Origin: Schmidtea polychroa
Lineage: Eukaryota
DNA: 64,000 nt
Assembly: GCA_044892525.1 (NCBI GenBank)
Contig: CM097886.1
Span: 82,770,001-82,834,000 of the forward strand
Direction of reading: 5' to 3'
Within the stretch, counting starts at the first letter, position 1. Every line of letters begins with the position of its first letter. The translations under genes and the position numbers were made by a program. Below the pieces are notes generated by a model. That model was given only the letters and a program-made list of their open reading frames with translations. It did no database searches and was not told the DNA's origin. Positions 37,621 to 50,390 of the stretch are shown piece by piece.

Positions 37621-39471
37621 CTGCATGAAACATGTTTATATTTATTGGTAAAAATTCACTGAAAAATGTTTTCAAAACAAAAACTTTAATACAGAAAAAT
37701 AATTCATGGCCAAAATTTTTATAAATTATTCTATTTGAGAAGGAAACAAACAATATTGTAAGAAAATCAAGTCTGTTAGTAGCATTTGTGTGATCCAGAG
37801 CCAATAGGATCATAAGTAAGGAGCGGACCCCACTGGGTGCCACTTTCAAAATGGGTGATAAATGTTTAATGAATATTTTATAAGAAGGTTCATTTTTTAA
37901 ATTCTTTTGGGAATATTATTTAATAGTATACCCATCCCATGTTCAATATAATTTATGCCCGTAAACTGTACTCTTCATAAAAAATATATAAATATTGTAA
38001 ATATTTAATTATAATTACATTTTTCTTGTTGTATTATTTACAAGCGTATAATAAGAGTTTTAAAGGTGTTTAAAGATCTGGTTTCCAACCAAATTTATAC
38101 ATGGAATAATTCTAATGATTGTGAGAACACAAGTGGAAATCAAAAGTGGAAATCGAAACTCATGGACCTCAACTACATTGAGAAATATTACTATCTCTAT
38201 CAATTACTAGGGAAATTTCTCCAAAAACCAATGATCAATAACCCAAACAAACTAACTAGACACATTCATATTTTAGCTTAACCCTTTCGAAACTGATGGA
38301 ACAAAATATTGAAACTTATTTCATACACACTGGGACCATATAACCCAAGACTAGTGGTATATTATTTCCCAAAAATATAATAAAAAAGAATCAAAATGTT
38401 AATTTATATTAACAAAATTATATAGAAATAACATTTAACAACTTAATAAAATAATTCTAAAAATATAAAAAAAATAATGATTAAGTAAATAAGTAAAGAG
38501 TACTCCTTCTTCTCAAAATATCAAGAAATTAGATTATCAGTAAAAATTGTTATCATAATAAACATTTATTTACCACAAAATTTACAAAAAGCTGAGTCAA
38601 ATATTTATGTTAACTTGGAATGACGTGTTATGCACGTCGATAACTTTCTGTACCAAATGTTGATATGATGTGCTTAGTACGTTGTGTGATCTTTGCTAAG
38701 TTGGCAGTTCCATCAATAAATTATATATTGTATAACACCCGACTTACTTCTATAAGTCTAAATAAGTATAAATATATGGAGTAACTATAGTACACGGGAT
38801 GCAAAAAATAAAGTGTTTATATGTTCACTAAATAGTGTTACATTGTTTCGTTTTATTATATATTAGGAGTTTATCCGACAAGATAATCTGACCCTCTATG
38901 GGGTACTGTTACCAAGCGTACTAATCGCCAGGTAATGGTCGTGTTATTATACCCCTATTATACCCTTATTCTAAATTACATTGGAAGCAAGAATTTAGAA
39001 ATTAATTTTTGCGTCGCGAATACAATAGTCAACCAAATATTTTCTAATAAAGAATAAATTTAAAGTAGAACTCGAATAAGAAATGTTCCTCAATGCAATT
39101 CAAAATGCAATTATTTATTTTCGCATTACCAAATTATTTTCCATGACTATAGGAATCTAAGACTTTTGTAAAACTCTTTGACCTCGTTTCAAATTACTTG
39201 AGCTTCAAATTTTTCTATAAATATATTATTCAACTAATAAGCAAGCAAGAGGAGATTCGAATATATATTTGTTATTATTGAAATTAGTTATCAAATTATC
39301 AAATTCAATTTATATAGTATCATTTAATTTTAAAATTTAGATATATAGCTAAAAATTACGAAAAATCACTCCCTTGCTTGTCCTTTCTATCAAATGACAT
39401 AATTAAATCATAATTACTAAATACCCTAATTTCTTGCTTATAACCCGATATAGAGTACAACATTTATAATA

Positions 39472-40793
39472 CAGTAAAACCTCTACTTAAGACCACCTCC
39501 CTAAAGAGACCATCTCTAGTTAAGACCTCTATTTCTTCGGAACCAAATTTACACAGTAGTTTACTGGGACAAATAACCCTCCATAATAGGACCACCCCTC
39601 TCGTTAACACCACTTTTCGTAAAAAATATTTTTAGTTTAAATATTTTTTGTTTAAATATTTTTTTAAAATTAAAATGGGAGTAAAGAAACGAGAAAGGAG
39701 CTTACATTGAGCGAGAAGATGGATGTTATTAAATCTTCTGAGCGAGGAGAAGGACAGAGACTTATTGCAAGACGATTTTCTTGTAGTAAAACGCAAGTCC
39801 ACAATATCATTGTTAACAAAGAAGAAATAAAGGAGCTTTGGAACAATAATGCAAATAAAAAACTAAAACGACTAACAAATCAGCAGTTTAAACTTATCAA
39901 TGAGTATGTTCTAGAGTGGTATAAAAACAAAGTGCTGCGAGGCTTTCCTATTAACGAAGAATTGTTGAAAGCATCAGCTAAGAAGATAGCTATTAGTCTA
40001 AACAACAATGTGTTTAAAGCTAGTAATGGCTGGTTGGAGAAATTCCTCAAGAGAAACAATATTACTTTGAGGGTTTTATCAGGTGAATCTGCTTCCGTAA
40101 AACCATCTGTGCTATCAGATTGGTTTTCGAAAATCCCAGATGTTATTACAAACTATGAAAAGAAAGATATCTACAACATATGTTGTTGAGTTTGTAAAGG
40201 AGTCTTGGAATGCTGTTAAGCCGTCAACAGTTGAGAGCTGTTTTAAAAAATGTGGGTTCTGCTCGGATATCACGGTTAAACCAGATATTATAACTGAGAT
40301 CGAACAAGACGTAACAGATTTAGCTAAGAAGCTTGATTTCGACTTTGACTTTAGTGAGTTTGACATTTCTCTTGAACAAAACTGTTTTGAGAGTGACTGG
40401 GAAGAAAAACTGATTTCTTCTTACACTAGTTTGGATGATGCATCAAGTGAGGTTTCTGAACCAAACGAAGAAGAATCTGATTTACCAAAAATTGATTTAA
40501 AAACATCTTTATCTTATATTCAGCAGATTAAGAATCTTGGAATGGAACTGGGTGACAATAAATTAGTTGACATAATGTTTCAAGCTGAACAAAAGTTGAC
40601 GAATATGATAGTTTTTGATAACAGTGAAGCCAAATCGAAGAGACAAACAACATTAGATGAGTTTTTATAATAAAATCTTCAATTTAAGTCTAGTTTTCTT
40701 TATAAAAATAAAATCCTCTCTAATAGGACCACCTCTAGTAAAGACCACTTTTGGTCCGGGACCAAGAGTGGTCCTATTAGAGAGGTTTCACTG
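39472..40793 (+). mobile_element. Internally deleted pogo/Tigger element (1322 bp)
   Basis: TIRs CAGTAAAACCTCT / AGAGGTTTCACTG with TA on both sides. HTH domains with FKASNGWLEKF. The DDD core is missing between KDIYNI and VEFVKESW. Confidence 0.92.
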
Positions 40794-41821
40794 TATCGTA
40801 AATGGTGCAAATTTGACGTTACAAATGCCGTATAGTTTTCTTTTGCCTGCCCATTGTCAATTATTTTCATGGACGAATGTTTTTGAAAACATTTAATTCA
40901 CTGTCATTAACGTATAAAATCCTACAAATTAAGATAGCTGTGAGATTTCGTTACTTTTCATTTTCGTTAATTACATTCGCTTCTGGTTTTAACGCCATAA
41001 GTAGATCTAATTATTACTAATTACAAAGGTTTATACCCCAAAAAATATGTAAATTTTCAAGGCGATTTTACTATGAACCAAAACGAAATCGACTTGGATA
41101 AATGTTATGAAGGAATGTATTAAAGCAGATATTAGGATAAACAAGTTTTCTGAATTATTTAGTTTTATTAAGGATGGAGATGGGTAAGTTGAAGGGAGGA
41201 CGGAAAATTAATTTTACGTACGAGCTGTTAGTAAATTAGATATTTCAATATTTTAACTGAGAGAATTGACCATGAATTTAAGAACTTGAGGATTAAAGAA
41301 TCTTCATTGTTGAATGATAAGGAGATTCTAACCCCTACAAATGATATGGCAGTAATTATGAACAATTCATTATTAATGAAGCTATCATTTGAAGAATGGT
41401 AACATATGAATCATTGATGTCTATGAGGGAGAATACGATTCGCTTCCCAGTTGAGTTTTTGTATACCCTTAACTTAAATTACTCCAGACTTTATTTCAAA
41501 TAGGGAGTTTCAATAGTATTGCTACACAATATTAAACCTCAAAAGCGGCAAACTCTTTTTATATTTTATATTGTAACTATTAACATTATGCTAATTATAA
41601 ATAATGTGAAAAATGAAACTTAGTAATTTATTAAAACATTAATTAATTATAAAAAAATAACCGTCAATGTTTATTACATGTCTTGACTAAGTACTTCAGT
41701 GAAATTAATCGGTACCAGAAAATGCTAAAAAAATATTTTGTTTCATAAATTAGGAAATTTTCGGCAATCTCTAAATTCAATCAAATGACAAACAAATTTC
41801 TTATTTTCTATATAGATTTTC
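40794..41821 (+). repeat. Left arm of ~1.03 kb inverted repeat containing a Helitron helicase remnant
   Basis: Reverse complement of 43634-44672 with few mismatches. Encodes broken ILTPTN..NNSLL..TYES..FPVEFLYTL. Confidence 0.92.
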
Positions 41822-41837
41822 TGAGAGTTTCTGAGGT

Positions 41838-42104
41838 TTAACTGAGAGAATTGACCAGGAATTTAAGAACTTGAGCATTAAAGAATCTTCATTGTTGAAT
41901 GATAAGGAGATTCTAACCCCTACAAATGACATGGCAGTAATTATGAACAATTCATTATTAATGAAGTCAGCATTTGATGATTAGTAACATATGAATCATG
42001 ATGTATATCGTGGAGAATACGATTCGCTAGCCAGTTGAGTTTTTGTATACCCTTAACTTATATTACTCCAGACTTTATTTCAAATAGGGAGCTTCAATAG
42101 TATT
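41838..42104 (+). repeat. Third (direct) copy of the helicase core within the foldback spacer
   Basis: Direct repeat of about 41255-41520. Confidence 0.88.
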
Positions 42105-43633
42105 TGGACATCCAAAAAAAATGTCAGATTCAAAGAAGGAATTCTCATTTTAAACAGACGACCAACAATCAACACTAGAGAAGAAATCAATGAAATCATC
42201 AATTTGATCTTTTGTCATTGACCTTAAGAATAACTGATAATAAAAAAATTTTAAAAAAATAATAATTAAAATAATATAGAAACTTTAGGAAATATGCTTT
42301 CAAAAGAGGAATAAAAATCAAAATTGACGCATTTATTAAAATATTTAAATCGCGTGTATAAATAATTATTAGATACTTTATTTTATAAATATTTTTTATT
42401 AAAATAGGCTTCTATGAGCTAATAGAAGCTTTAAAAATTTAAAAATTTTGGTTGGTGTTTCATTTTGAATTTTAGAGGATATTTAATTTAATTTTAAATA
42501 AATTTTTTTTTTAAATTCTTCAATAAAAGAAAGTATATCACATTATATTATATTTTTAATCAATGAGAAGAAAGAGGAAATAAAAGAAAGATCAAGATGT
42601 ATTTTCAGGAAGAGGAATGCTAAATTCTAGAAGATTGACAAGGACTATCTTATAGTCGAAAATATTTTTATCAAATACATCATTCGCATCAAAAGGCTTA
42701 AATTATCACTTTATTGTTTTAAATAATAAATGCTGCTACCAAGAAATCATCACTTTATACATTAATATATAGTATGTGTATGACAGCATGTAAAAGTACA
42801 TTCATACGTAGAAATTATATTGACCCTATTTTAAGTGCGAGTTATACAAGAAATATTTTACTTTTTATGGAAACTATTGAAATTTATAAGGCGAGGGTTA
42901 TACACAAGAAATTAGGGTAGTTAAAAATTTGTATATATTATTAGCCTTCATATTTTATAGGATATCATAGAGAATAATTATATAATAAATTTTTGAAATC
43001 TTTGAATTATTAAATACGTGAAATGTAGAAGTAATTGTTTATCCAACAACTTAATATTAGGTTAGTACTAGGAAATACAATTTATAACATTTTGAACAGG
43101 CAGATTTCCGAAATTTCAGGAATTACTGGTTGATAACAGAGGGAAACATTCTATTTTGGAAGCGCATTTTAAATAAAATAGTAGTTTTTAGTTTTTTGTA
43201 TTTTTTAGAGTTTTCTCTTAACAGAAATTATTTGAATTTTTTCGTTTGATTATCACTCGAAAATAATCGACATTCTCCTGTTAATTTGAATGAAATTGTT
43301 ATGTATACCTAAAAACAAGCCGTCAGTCAAATTACAAATCAAATCAATTCAGAATATCCGAAGTCGAATTAAACTCGTATTATTATTGAAAAACTTAATG
43401 CTGATAAACAAAATATCAAAGAAAAGTGTTTTAATCGATTTTCTCATCGGCGAAAAATTGAAAATATTTATGTTAAAATCTTATGTAAAGCTATTGTTGT
43501 TATTTACCAATTCTGTGTATGATTTCTTTTGATAAGGGGTGAAATTTTTCTTTTTTAATTTCCTGAATTTAATGTTAAATCTGATAAAAAAATCAAATTC
43601 TCTGATCAATTAAGCTCGGTCTGATTAGTGTAG

Positions 43634-44672
43634 GAAAACCTATATAGAAAATAAGAAATTTGTTTGTCATTTGATTGAATTTAGAGATTGCCGAAAATTT
43701 CCTAATTTATGAAACAAAATATTTTTTTAGCATTTTCTGGTACCGATTAATTTCACTGAAGTACTTAGTCAAGACATGTAATAAACATTGACGGTTATTT
43801 TTTTATAATTAATTAATGTTTTAATAAATTACTAAGTTTCATTTTTCACATTATTTATAATTAGCATAATATTAATTAGTTACAATATAAAATATAAAGA
43901 CTTTGCCTCTTTTGAGGTTTAATATTGTGTAGCAATACTATTGAAACTCCCTATTTGAAATAAAGTCTGGAGTAATTTAAGTTAAGGGTATACAAAAACT
44001 CAACTGGGAAGCGAATCATATTCTCCCTCATAGACATCAATGATTCATATGTTACCATTCTTCAGATGCTAGCTTCATTAATAATGAATTGTTCATAATT
44101 ACTGCCATATCATTTGTAGGAGTTAGAATCTCCTTATCATTCAACAATGAAGGTTCTTTAATCCTCAAGTTCTTAAATTCCTGGTCAATTCTCTCAGTTA
44201 AAATATTGAAATATCTAATTTACTAACATAGCTCGTACGTAAAATTGATTTTCCGTCCTCCTTCCAATTTACCAATCTTACCAATCCTTAATAAAACTAA
44301 ATAATTCAGAAAACTTGTTTACCTTAATATCTGCTTTAATACATTCCTTCATTCCTTCATAACATTTATCCAAGTCGATTTCGTTTTGGTTTATAGTAAA
44401 ATCGCCTTGAAAATTTACATATTTTTGGGGTATAAACCTTTGTAATTAGTAATAATTAGATCTACTTATGGCGTTAAAACCATAAGCGAAGGTAATTAAC
44501 GAAAATGAAAAGTAACGAAATCTCACAGCTATCTTAATTTGTAGGATTTTATACGTTAATGACAGTGAATTAAATGTTTTCAAAAGCATTCGTCCATGAA
44601 AATAATTGACAATGGGCAGGCAAAAGAAAACTATACGGCATTTGTAACATCAACTTTGCACCATTTACGATA
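43634..44672 (-). repeat. Right arm of the inverted repeat
   Basis: For example, ccatttacgata at 44661-44672 pairs with tatcgtaaatgg at 40794. Confidence 0.92.
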
Positions 44673-44838
44673 TTATACTTTATATCATGGTATCGAAAAA
44701 ATCCATTTTTAGTTTGCAGTTTTGGCATCAAATGTACGTTACGGTAAATTTTCAACTAGCTGAAGCGGTTTAGGATATGTGAAACGCGAAAGGTGACAAA
44801 CATAGTTATATATATATATATTCATTCTAACCATAGAT

Positions 44839-45070
44839 CAGTGGTTTTGAAGCTGCGTTCCAAGAGACTCCGCGATTCAAAATAAAATATAAGGCTTGCA
44901 AATGAAGAAAAAGTAACAACTTATCGACAAATCAACAGATTTAATGTTAAAATCTAAATTTAATCGAGAGCAGCTCCTGGATTTGTGGTTGCAGAGTCAT
45001 GAAGAATATCCAGAACTTTCTAACACTACTATAAACTTTCCCCGCGGAACATCTTATTTCAGCGAATGGA
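44839..45070 (+). mobile_element. Charlie/Buster-type hAT fragment
   Basis: CAGTGGTTT end and LDLWLQSHEEYPELS remnant. Confidence 0.5.
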
Positions 45071-45976
45071 AACAAATTACCGAATATGAAATGTGACTGC
45101 AGGTAATATAAAGGCGAGCAACAAAATAAAGGCTTTTCAGTGGTAATTGAAAGTTATTAAATGTTGGGAGAGTGATAAAACGAGTAATTACAATAATAAA
45201 TTGCGCATTGCGTTACATTTGGATACAAATTATTGAATAACAACCGCAAGATTATCAAAAATCATTTTCTATACTTATTAATAATCAAGTAATTAAAATT
45301 CCAATTCAATTCCAATTATCTGTTTAATATTTGCTTTGCTAATTATTGTTATGAATAAAATCTTTAATCTTCAAACAAATCGAATTTGATGCGAAAGAAT
45401 TTAACTTGGATCACATAGGAAATAAATTGAATTTAAAAATAGAACACAATGTTTATCTTAATACATCTAGTATTGCTAACACACCGACAGCAGGAACGAG
45501 GCTCCTGTCCGTTTCTGTCATGCAGGTGCTATCTTAGATTGTATGATTTTTATATAAGACTAATAGAATTCATAGAAATTCCTATACCAGCAACCAAATG
45601 ATTCATCTTTAACAGTAGCACGCATACACACCAACAACACACGTACATACACACACAAACACGGCACACAAACACCAGCGCTTTTGCATAAGATATTTCC
45701 ATTAACTTCATCAATAAATATTTCCCATTTAATTGAATGAAATATTTAATAGATGGATAGCAGGAAATGATTTATAGCACATTATATTTTATCATACACT
45801 GCCCACTAGAACCTAATTATAAATAAAAACTATTGACCCTATTATCACAACACGACATGAATTATTTGTCAATAGCAAAAAAATTAACAACATATTTTAA
45901 AATTCAAATAAAATTAATTAAAAAAAATTCTTGAAAATATAACAATTAATAAAATATCTCATTCAATTGGACTTAC

Positions 45977-46115
45977 TTTGAGATCAAGATGTACGACTTT
46001 TTTTTCATGCATATGTTGAACACCATATAGAATTTGTTCGATAAATTCCGATGCTTCTTCTTCAGACAGTTTTTCACTGTCTGAAATATGGTCAAATAAT
46101 TCTCCACCAGCAACT
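45977..46115 (-). CDS. DAPK: DAPK-family kinase, coding exon 3 (VAGGELFDHI..VVHLDLK)
   Basis: taaag| acceptor and AAA|gtaagt donor; subdomains V-VIb. Confidence 0.95.
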
Positions 46116-46166
46116 CTTTAAGGATTTATAATCAATACATTTAAAATGATGGTAACTTTCTCTTAC

Positions 46167-46391
46167 AATTCTAAAACTAATGCTATGGTCTTTCCTAAAT
46201 GATGAGAGAAAAACAGTTTGATGATATTTTGATGATTTAACATTTGCAAAATATGAGCTTCTCTTTCAATTTCTTCGATACTCATTCCAGTGCTTTTTGA
46301 GTCTAATAATTGACGAACCCGAATAAATTTGGCTGCGTATTCTGTATTGGTATTTTTATCAATACAATGTTTGACTTCAGCAAAATGACCA
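46167..46391 (-). CDS. DAPK: DAPK-family kinase, coding exon 2 (GHFAEVKHC..YAAKFIRVRQ..EIERE..VLEL)
   Basis: ttattag| acceptor and TT|gtaag donor. Contains the DAPK-type basic-loop insertion. Confidence 0.95.
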
Positions 46392-46434
46392 CTAATAAAC
46401 TTTTTTTCAAAATCAAACTTTGATTAATACTTAC

Positions 46435-46493
46435 TGCCCCAATTTCTCTCCAATTTTATATATATCGAAAAATGTTCCAGATTCAAAATTCAT
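46435..46493 (-). CDS. DAPK: DAPK-family kinase, coding exon 1 (MNFESGTFFDIYKIGEKLG)
   Basis: ATG at 46493 and CA|gtaagt donor. The 43-nt phase-2 intron lies in the Gly-rich loop, as in DAPK1. Confidence 0.88.
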
Positions 46494-47339
46494 TTTTTCA
46501 TAAATAATATAAATTAAAAATTAAAATGTATTTATTGTATATACAGTTAATTAATAATTTTAAATTGTAGTTTAAATAGCTTCATTGTGAACCAATTAAT
46601 AAAACAAACAAACTGTATTCTGTGTTTATATCTATGTTTATATCTTTAAATAATGAATGAAAATTGAATATAAAAAAATATTTGTAACATTAAATATGAA
46701 ATAATAAAATAAACATAATGAAACAAAAAAGATGGTAAAAAATGTCACTAAATTATTAAAATATAATAAATGGGATTTGATTTTTTGGTGGGTTATCCTT
46801 AACCATTTTTATTTTGTATTTTACTTTAATAATCATCTCTGCTCTATGAAAAAATGATAAATTGCATTATCTTGGTTACAGAGGATTATTCTGACCTACG
46901 CAGTTTCCATCATTTCTACCATTTGTCCTTGGTTGCGAAGCAACTTGTGGATACGAGTCGAGGGGGAATTTCAGGCTCGTATTCGTTTATTTTCTCTTTA
47001 AAATCGTAACTCATGTACCAATGTGGGAGGCTTATTCAGAAAGCTTAAGATCAACGGGAGCAGTCGCTATTTCTTGTTGACCGCTCATTCCAAATCTCGA
47101 TTTTCACATGTAAGTTAGCTCTTATTAAAATCTGATAGTTGTGGCGCTTGGATCCGATCTTTGACTTTCATATCACGGCTGACACTCTCATTTTCCTCAA
47201 GTGCTTTCGTTAGTTTTTAATCTTTCTGTGCTCTGTCTTCACGTGTTCTATGTAAACTTGGTGAGATTTCTCGAGGATGATGTATAATGATGGTGATTCG
47301 TCAAACTTTACAATAATTAGATTACATAATCTACAACAG

Positions 47340-48330
47340 TTTTATATTCGATAAATTTTACTAATATTTAGATACTGATGCATCACATAATAGCATTGGA
47401 GCTGTCTTGTCGCAGATACAAGAAGGTGAGGAAAGTATATATGTCAGAGTAAGTGCCAGATATAGTGTCAGAGACATTATTGCATAACAAGGAAAGAACA
47501 ACTGGCAATTTATACATTTGTGTTAAAATTTAAACATTATTTACTTGGATCTAAAATTATCGTAAGAACTGATTACCAAGTATTGAAGTGGTTTTTGAAT
47601 TGGGATAGCCCAAATACATCTCAATATTGTGTTCGAAGAGCTGAATTGGAAATTTTTGACATGGTGGTCGAATATAGGAAAGGCAGTGAGCATGTTAAAG
47701 CTGATGCAATGTCACGATTACCGCCTTGTTAACAATATATGATCCCCCATGGTGACCCTAAGAAACGGAGAAATGTCAAAGTATACAAAGACGAAGAGGT
47801 TGAGGAAAATGACCATAAACCTGAAAGGACAATGAATCGAATAATCAAGGAAGAGGATGATTTGGGACAAGATAAGGATGTAAATATTCAGTTTATAGTT
47901 AATTTGATGGAGAAAGGTGATTATTTAACTGAAGAAAATCCAAGTAATTTAAAAAATGGCAGTAAAGAACTAAAAGAATTTATGGTCTCTTAAAACACAT
48001 TGGAGATAGCGAGGTCGTTTACTATATATATGCCGGAATGATAAATATTTAATGGTGGTACCAAGAACTGAAAGAGATTCCATCATTAGGCAGTTTCATT
48101 CCTGTTTATGGCATACAGGTATTGAAAAGACAATTGGAGCAATTAAAAATGAATTTTATTGGCCTGTCATGGATAAAGATATACAGGAAGTTATTGTAAC
48201 CTGTAGGGAATGTTTGCATAATAAGAACTTAAAAGGATGTTAAAGCACCTTTCAAAACATTGATGGTGAAATACCTTTCCAGATAATTGGAATAGACATA
48301 ACAGAACTCTATAAAGAAACAACATGGGTA
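47340..48330 (+). pseudogene. Gypsy pol fragment (RNase H and integrase N-terminus)
   Basis: DTDASHNSIGAVLSQ, VRTDY, EYRKGSEHVKADAMSR, H..HTGIEKT..FYWP..CREC and FQIIGIDI. Confidence 0.9.
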
Positions 48331-48490
48331 ACATTAGTAATGAGGACCATAATTAAACGAATAAATGCAGTGGCGTACGCAGGGGGGGTTACTGGGGACT
48401 TAACCCCCCCCCATGATTCCAACAATAATATAAAAAACTATAATTAATAAATATATAAACTTAAAACAATTTAAGAAATATTCCGAATGC

Positions 48491-48493
<3 letters not shown>

Positions 48494-48545
<52 letters not shown>
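48494..48545. repeat. (TA)n microsatellite
   Basis: Read directly; it is the insertion site of the nested hAT. Confidence 0.95.
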
Positions 48546-48548
<3 letters not shown>

Positions 48549-50083
48549 GCCCGACAAGAGGGGGGTTTGATAGGGAAAATACCCGGAGCCCTGGAGACAA
48601 AAAATCTATCATCATTTAAATCACTTGATTTTTTTATGAAAAAATCATGATTTCAATTTGTAGGAACTATGTTCCTCCTTTTGTAGGACGTGTTTGTGGG
48701 GTACGTCTGGAGAGTGTCCGTTGCCAAGATTGCTTTCGGAACCCCCGTTGCGAAAAAGTCTACACGGCACAAACGCATCTTGCAGTAATGGTAAGCACAT
48801 GTGGCAATCTTTTGTTTGTCAAGAGTCAAGTGCTTGCTATCACTGGTCTGGTGCCAGCGCCTTAAGGCCCTTAAGGGATGCGTGTGGGCCGACTAGGGAA
48901 CCGTGTGCGGGACACGGTTATTTTCACGCGAGTTCATCCTGTACCGCACACGATCAGTCAATCCAAATATATACTAGTTTTTGACATTTTGAGCCTGTTT
49001 CATTATTTACAAACTCTATTATCATTTAACTAAAAGAAAAATTACAAACATTAATAGTGTAGTAAGTGTATTTGTTTGATCAATGTGAAAATCTCCAGGA
49101 AGAAGCGGATAAAGTAATCGTGTTTGTGAACTAAGCCGAAAGTGAATAAGAAATTAACCTAAGCGTTGGGCTACAAAGCATTTCTTTACCGGTGCTGGAG
49201 TGCTGAAGTCTAATTTTCGATAATTAGTAATTAGCAGTCAATGGGAGACCGCCATCGACTCCGATATTCGCGACGTGGATGAATTAGAAATGATGCCAAG
49301 TGACGAATTCAGAACAAATGTTTTCAATGTTTTCTTAGATTGTATTATTGGAAATATTGCAAGAAGATTTAATGCGGTTGAAGAAATTGATTCGTTATTT
49401 AATGTATTATCGTTATTTCATAACCTTAATGATGAAGAAATACAAAAGAAGTCCGAAAAATTACAAAAGGTATATGAAAATAATATTGACCATAATCTTG
49501 GTGAAGAAATACTCCATTTAAAATCAATTTATGATGCCAATATACAAAACAAATCTCTCTCGCCCATTGAGTTACTAAACATCATTAAAAAATGAAACTG
49601 GATGTATTGTTTCCCAACATAATAATAGCAATAAGATTATTTTGTACGATCCCTGTAACCGTTGCTGAAGCAGAACGATACTTTAGTGTTTTAAAAAGGA
49701 TAAAAGATGTTTTGAGATCCAGAATGTCACAACACCGATTGAATGATTTAGGAATGTTGTCGATTGAATCTGAAATGGCTAAGAAAATTGATTTTCAAGA
49801 CGTAATTAATTTGTTTGCTAGGCGCAAGGTTCGGAAAGCAACATTCTAAAAAATAATTTGTTTTTTGTACTTTTTTTTGTAATTTTAGTTGTAAACGTTT
49901 TCATTTTTGTAAGAGAATTTTGGATGAATACATTGTTCCAATAACAATTAGGACATTTTTCGGTTTCCCGCTTCATTTATAAATAGCCCAAAGTCCGAGG
50001 GGAAAATTTTTTTTTCACGCTCTTGGCAGGGGCCCCCACAAGAAGTATATCCCCGGGCCCCAAAAGTCCTCTCGGCGGCCCTG
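48546..50083 (+). mobile_element. Internally deleted hAT element with C-terminal transposase remnant
   Basis: Ends CAGGCCCGACAAGAG / CTCGGCGGCCCTG flanked by TA repeats. ORFs 49275-49849 include FPNI..IPVTVAEAERYFSVLKRIK..RSRMSQHRL. Confidence 0.85.
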
Positions 50084-50245
50084 TATATATATAACCCCCC
50101 CCCCATGGATTCATCCTGCGTACGCGCCTGAAGCGCCTGAACAAATGAATGACAACGACCTAAGAAAGAAATATATAATGAACAGTGACGTAAGACCTTC
50201 TATCGGCAGTCCAGAACCCGAAAAAGAAAATATAATGAGGAGTAG

Positions 50246-50390
50246 TGTTAGTAGTTTTGCTCATTGATTTTCAACTAGTGTACATCACCAACATGGTTGT
50301 TACCATGAGTATGCTGATGATATAAAGTAAAATAATCATGAAAGCGTTTAGTAAAGAGTCGATTCAAAATCCGTAAGTAACCTTAAAACA
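50246..50390 (+). repeat. Possible 3' LTR of the Gypsy fragment
   Basis: GAGGAGTAG followed by TG..CA. No second copy in the window. Confidence 0.25.

Larger units (their letters stand above)
48368..50130. mobile_element. hAT-type non-autonomous element (host of a nested insertion)
   Basis: Ends CAGTGGCGTACGCAGG / CCTGCGTACGCGCCTG. Flanks aataaatg and aacaaatg (7/8), the latter after a 9-bp tandem duplication. Confidence 0.8.

Noticed and set aside
37601-37849. 82-aa minus-strand ORF overlapping the start of kinase exon 4
   Set aside because: Mostly intronic; the true exon begins at the acceptor at 37620.
38608-38737. TGTTA..TAACA segment with AATAAA, possible solo LTR
   Set aside because: No TSD and no second copy in the window.
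46860-47280. Coding-like minus-strand stretch upstream of the kinase ATG
   Set aside because: Stops in all frames and no recognisable motif; cannot be assigned.
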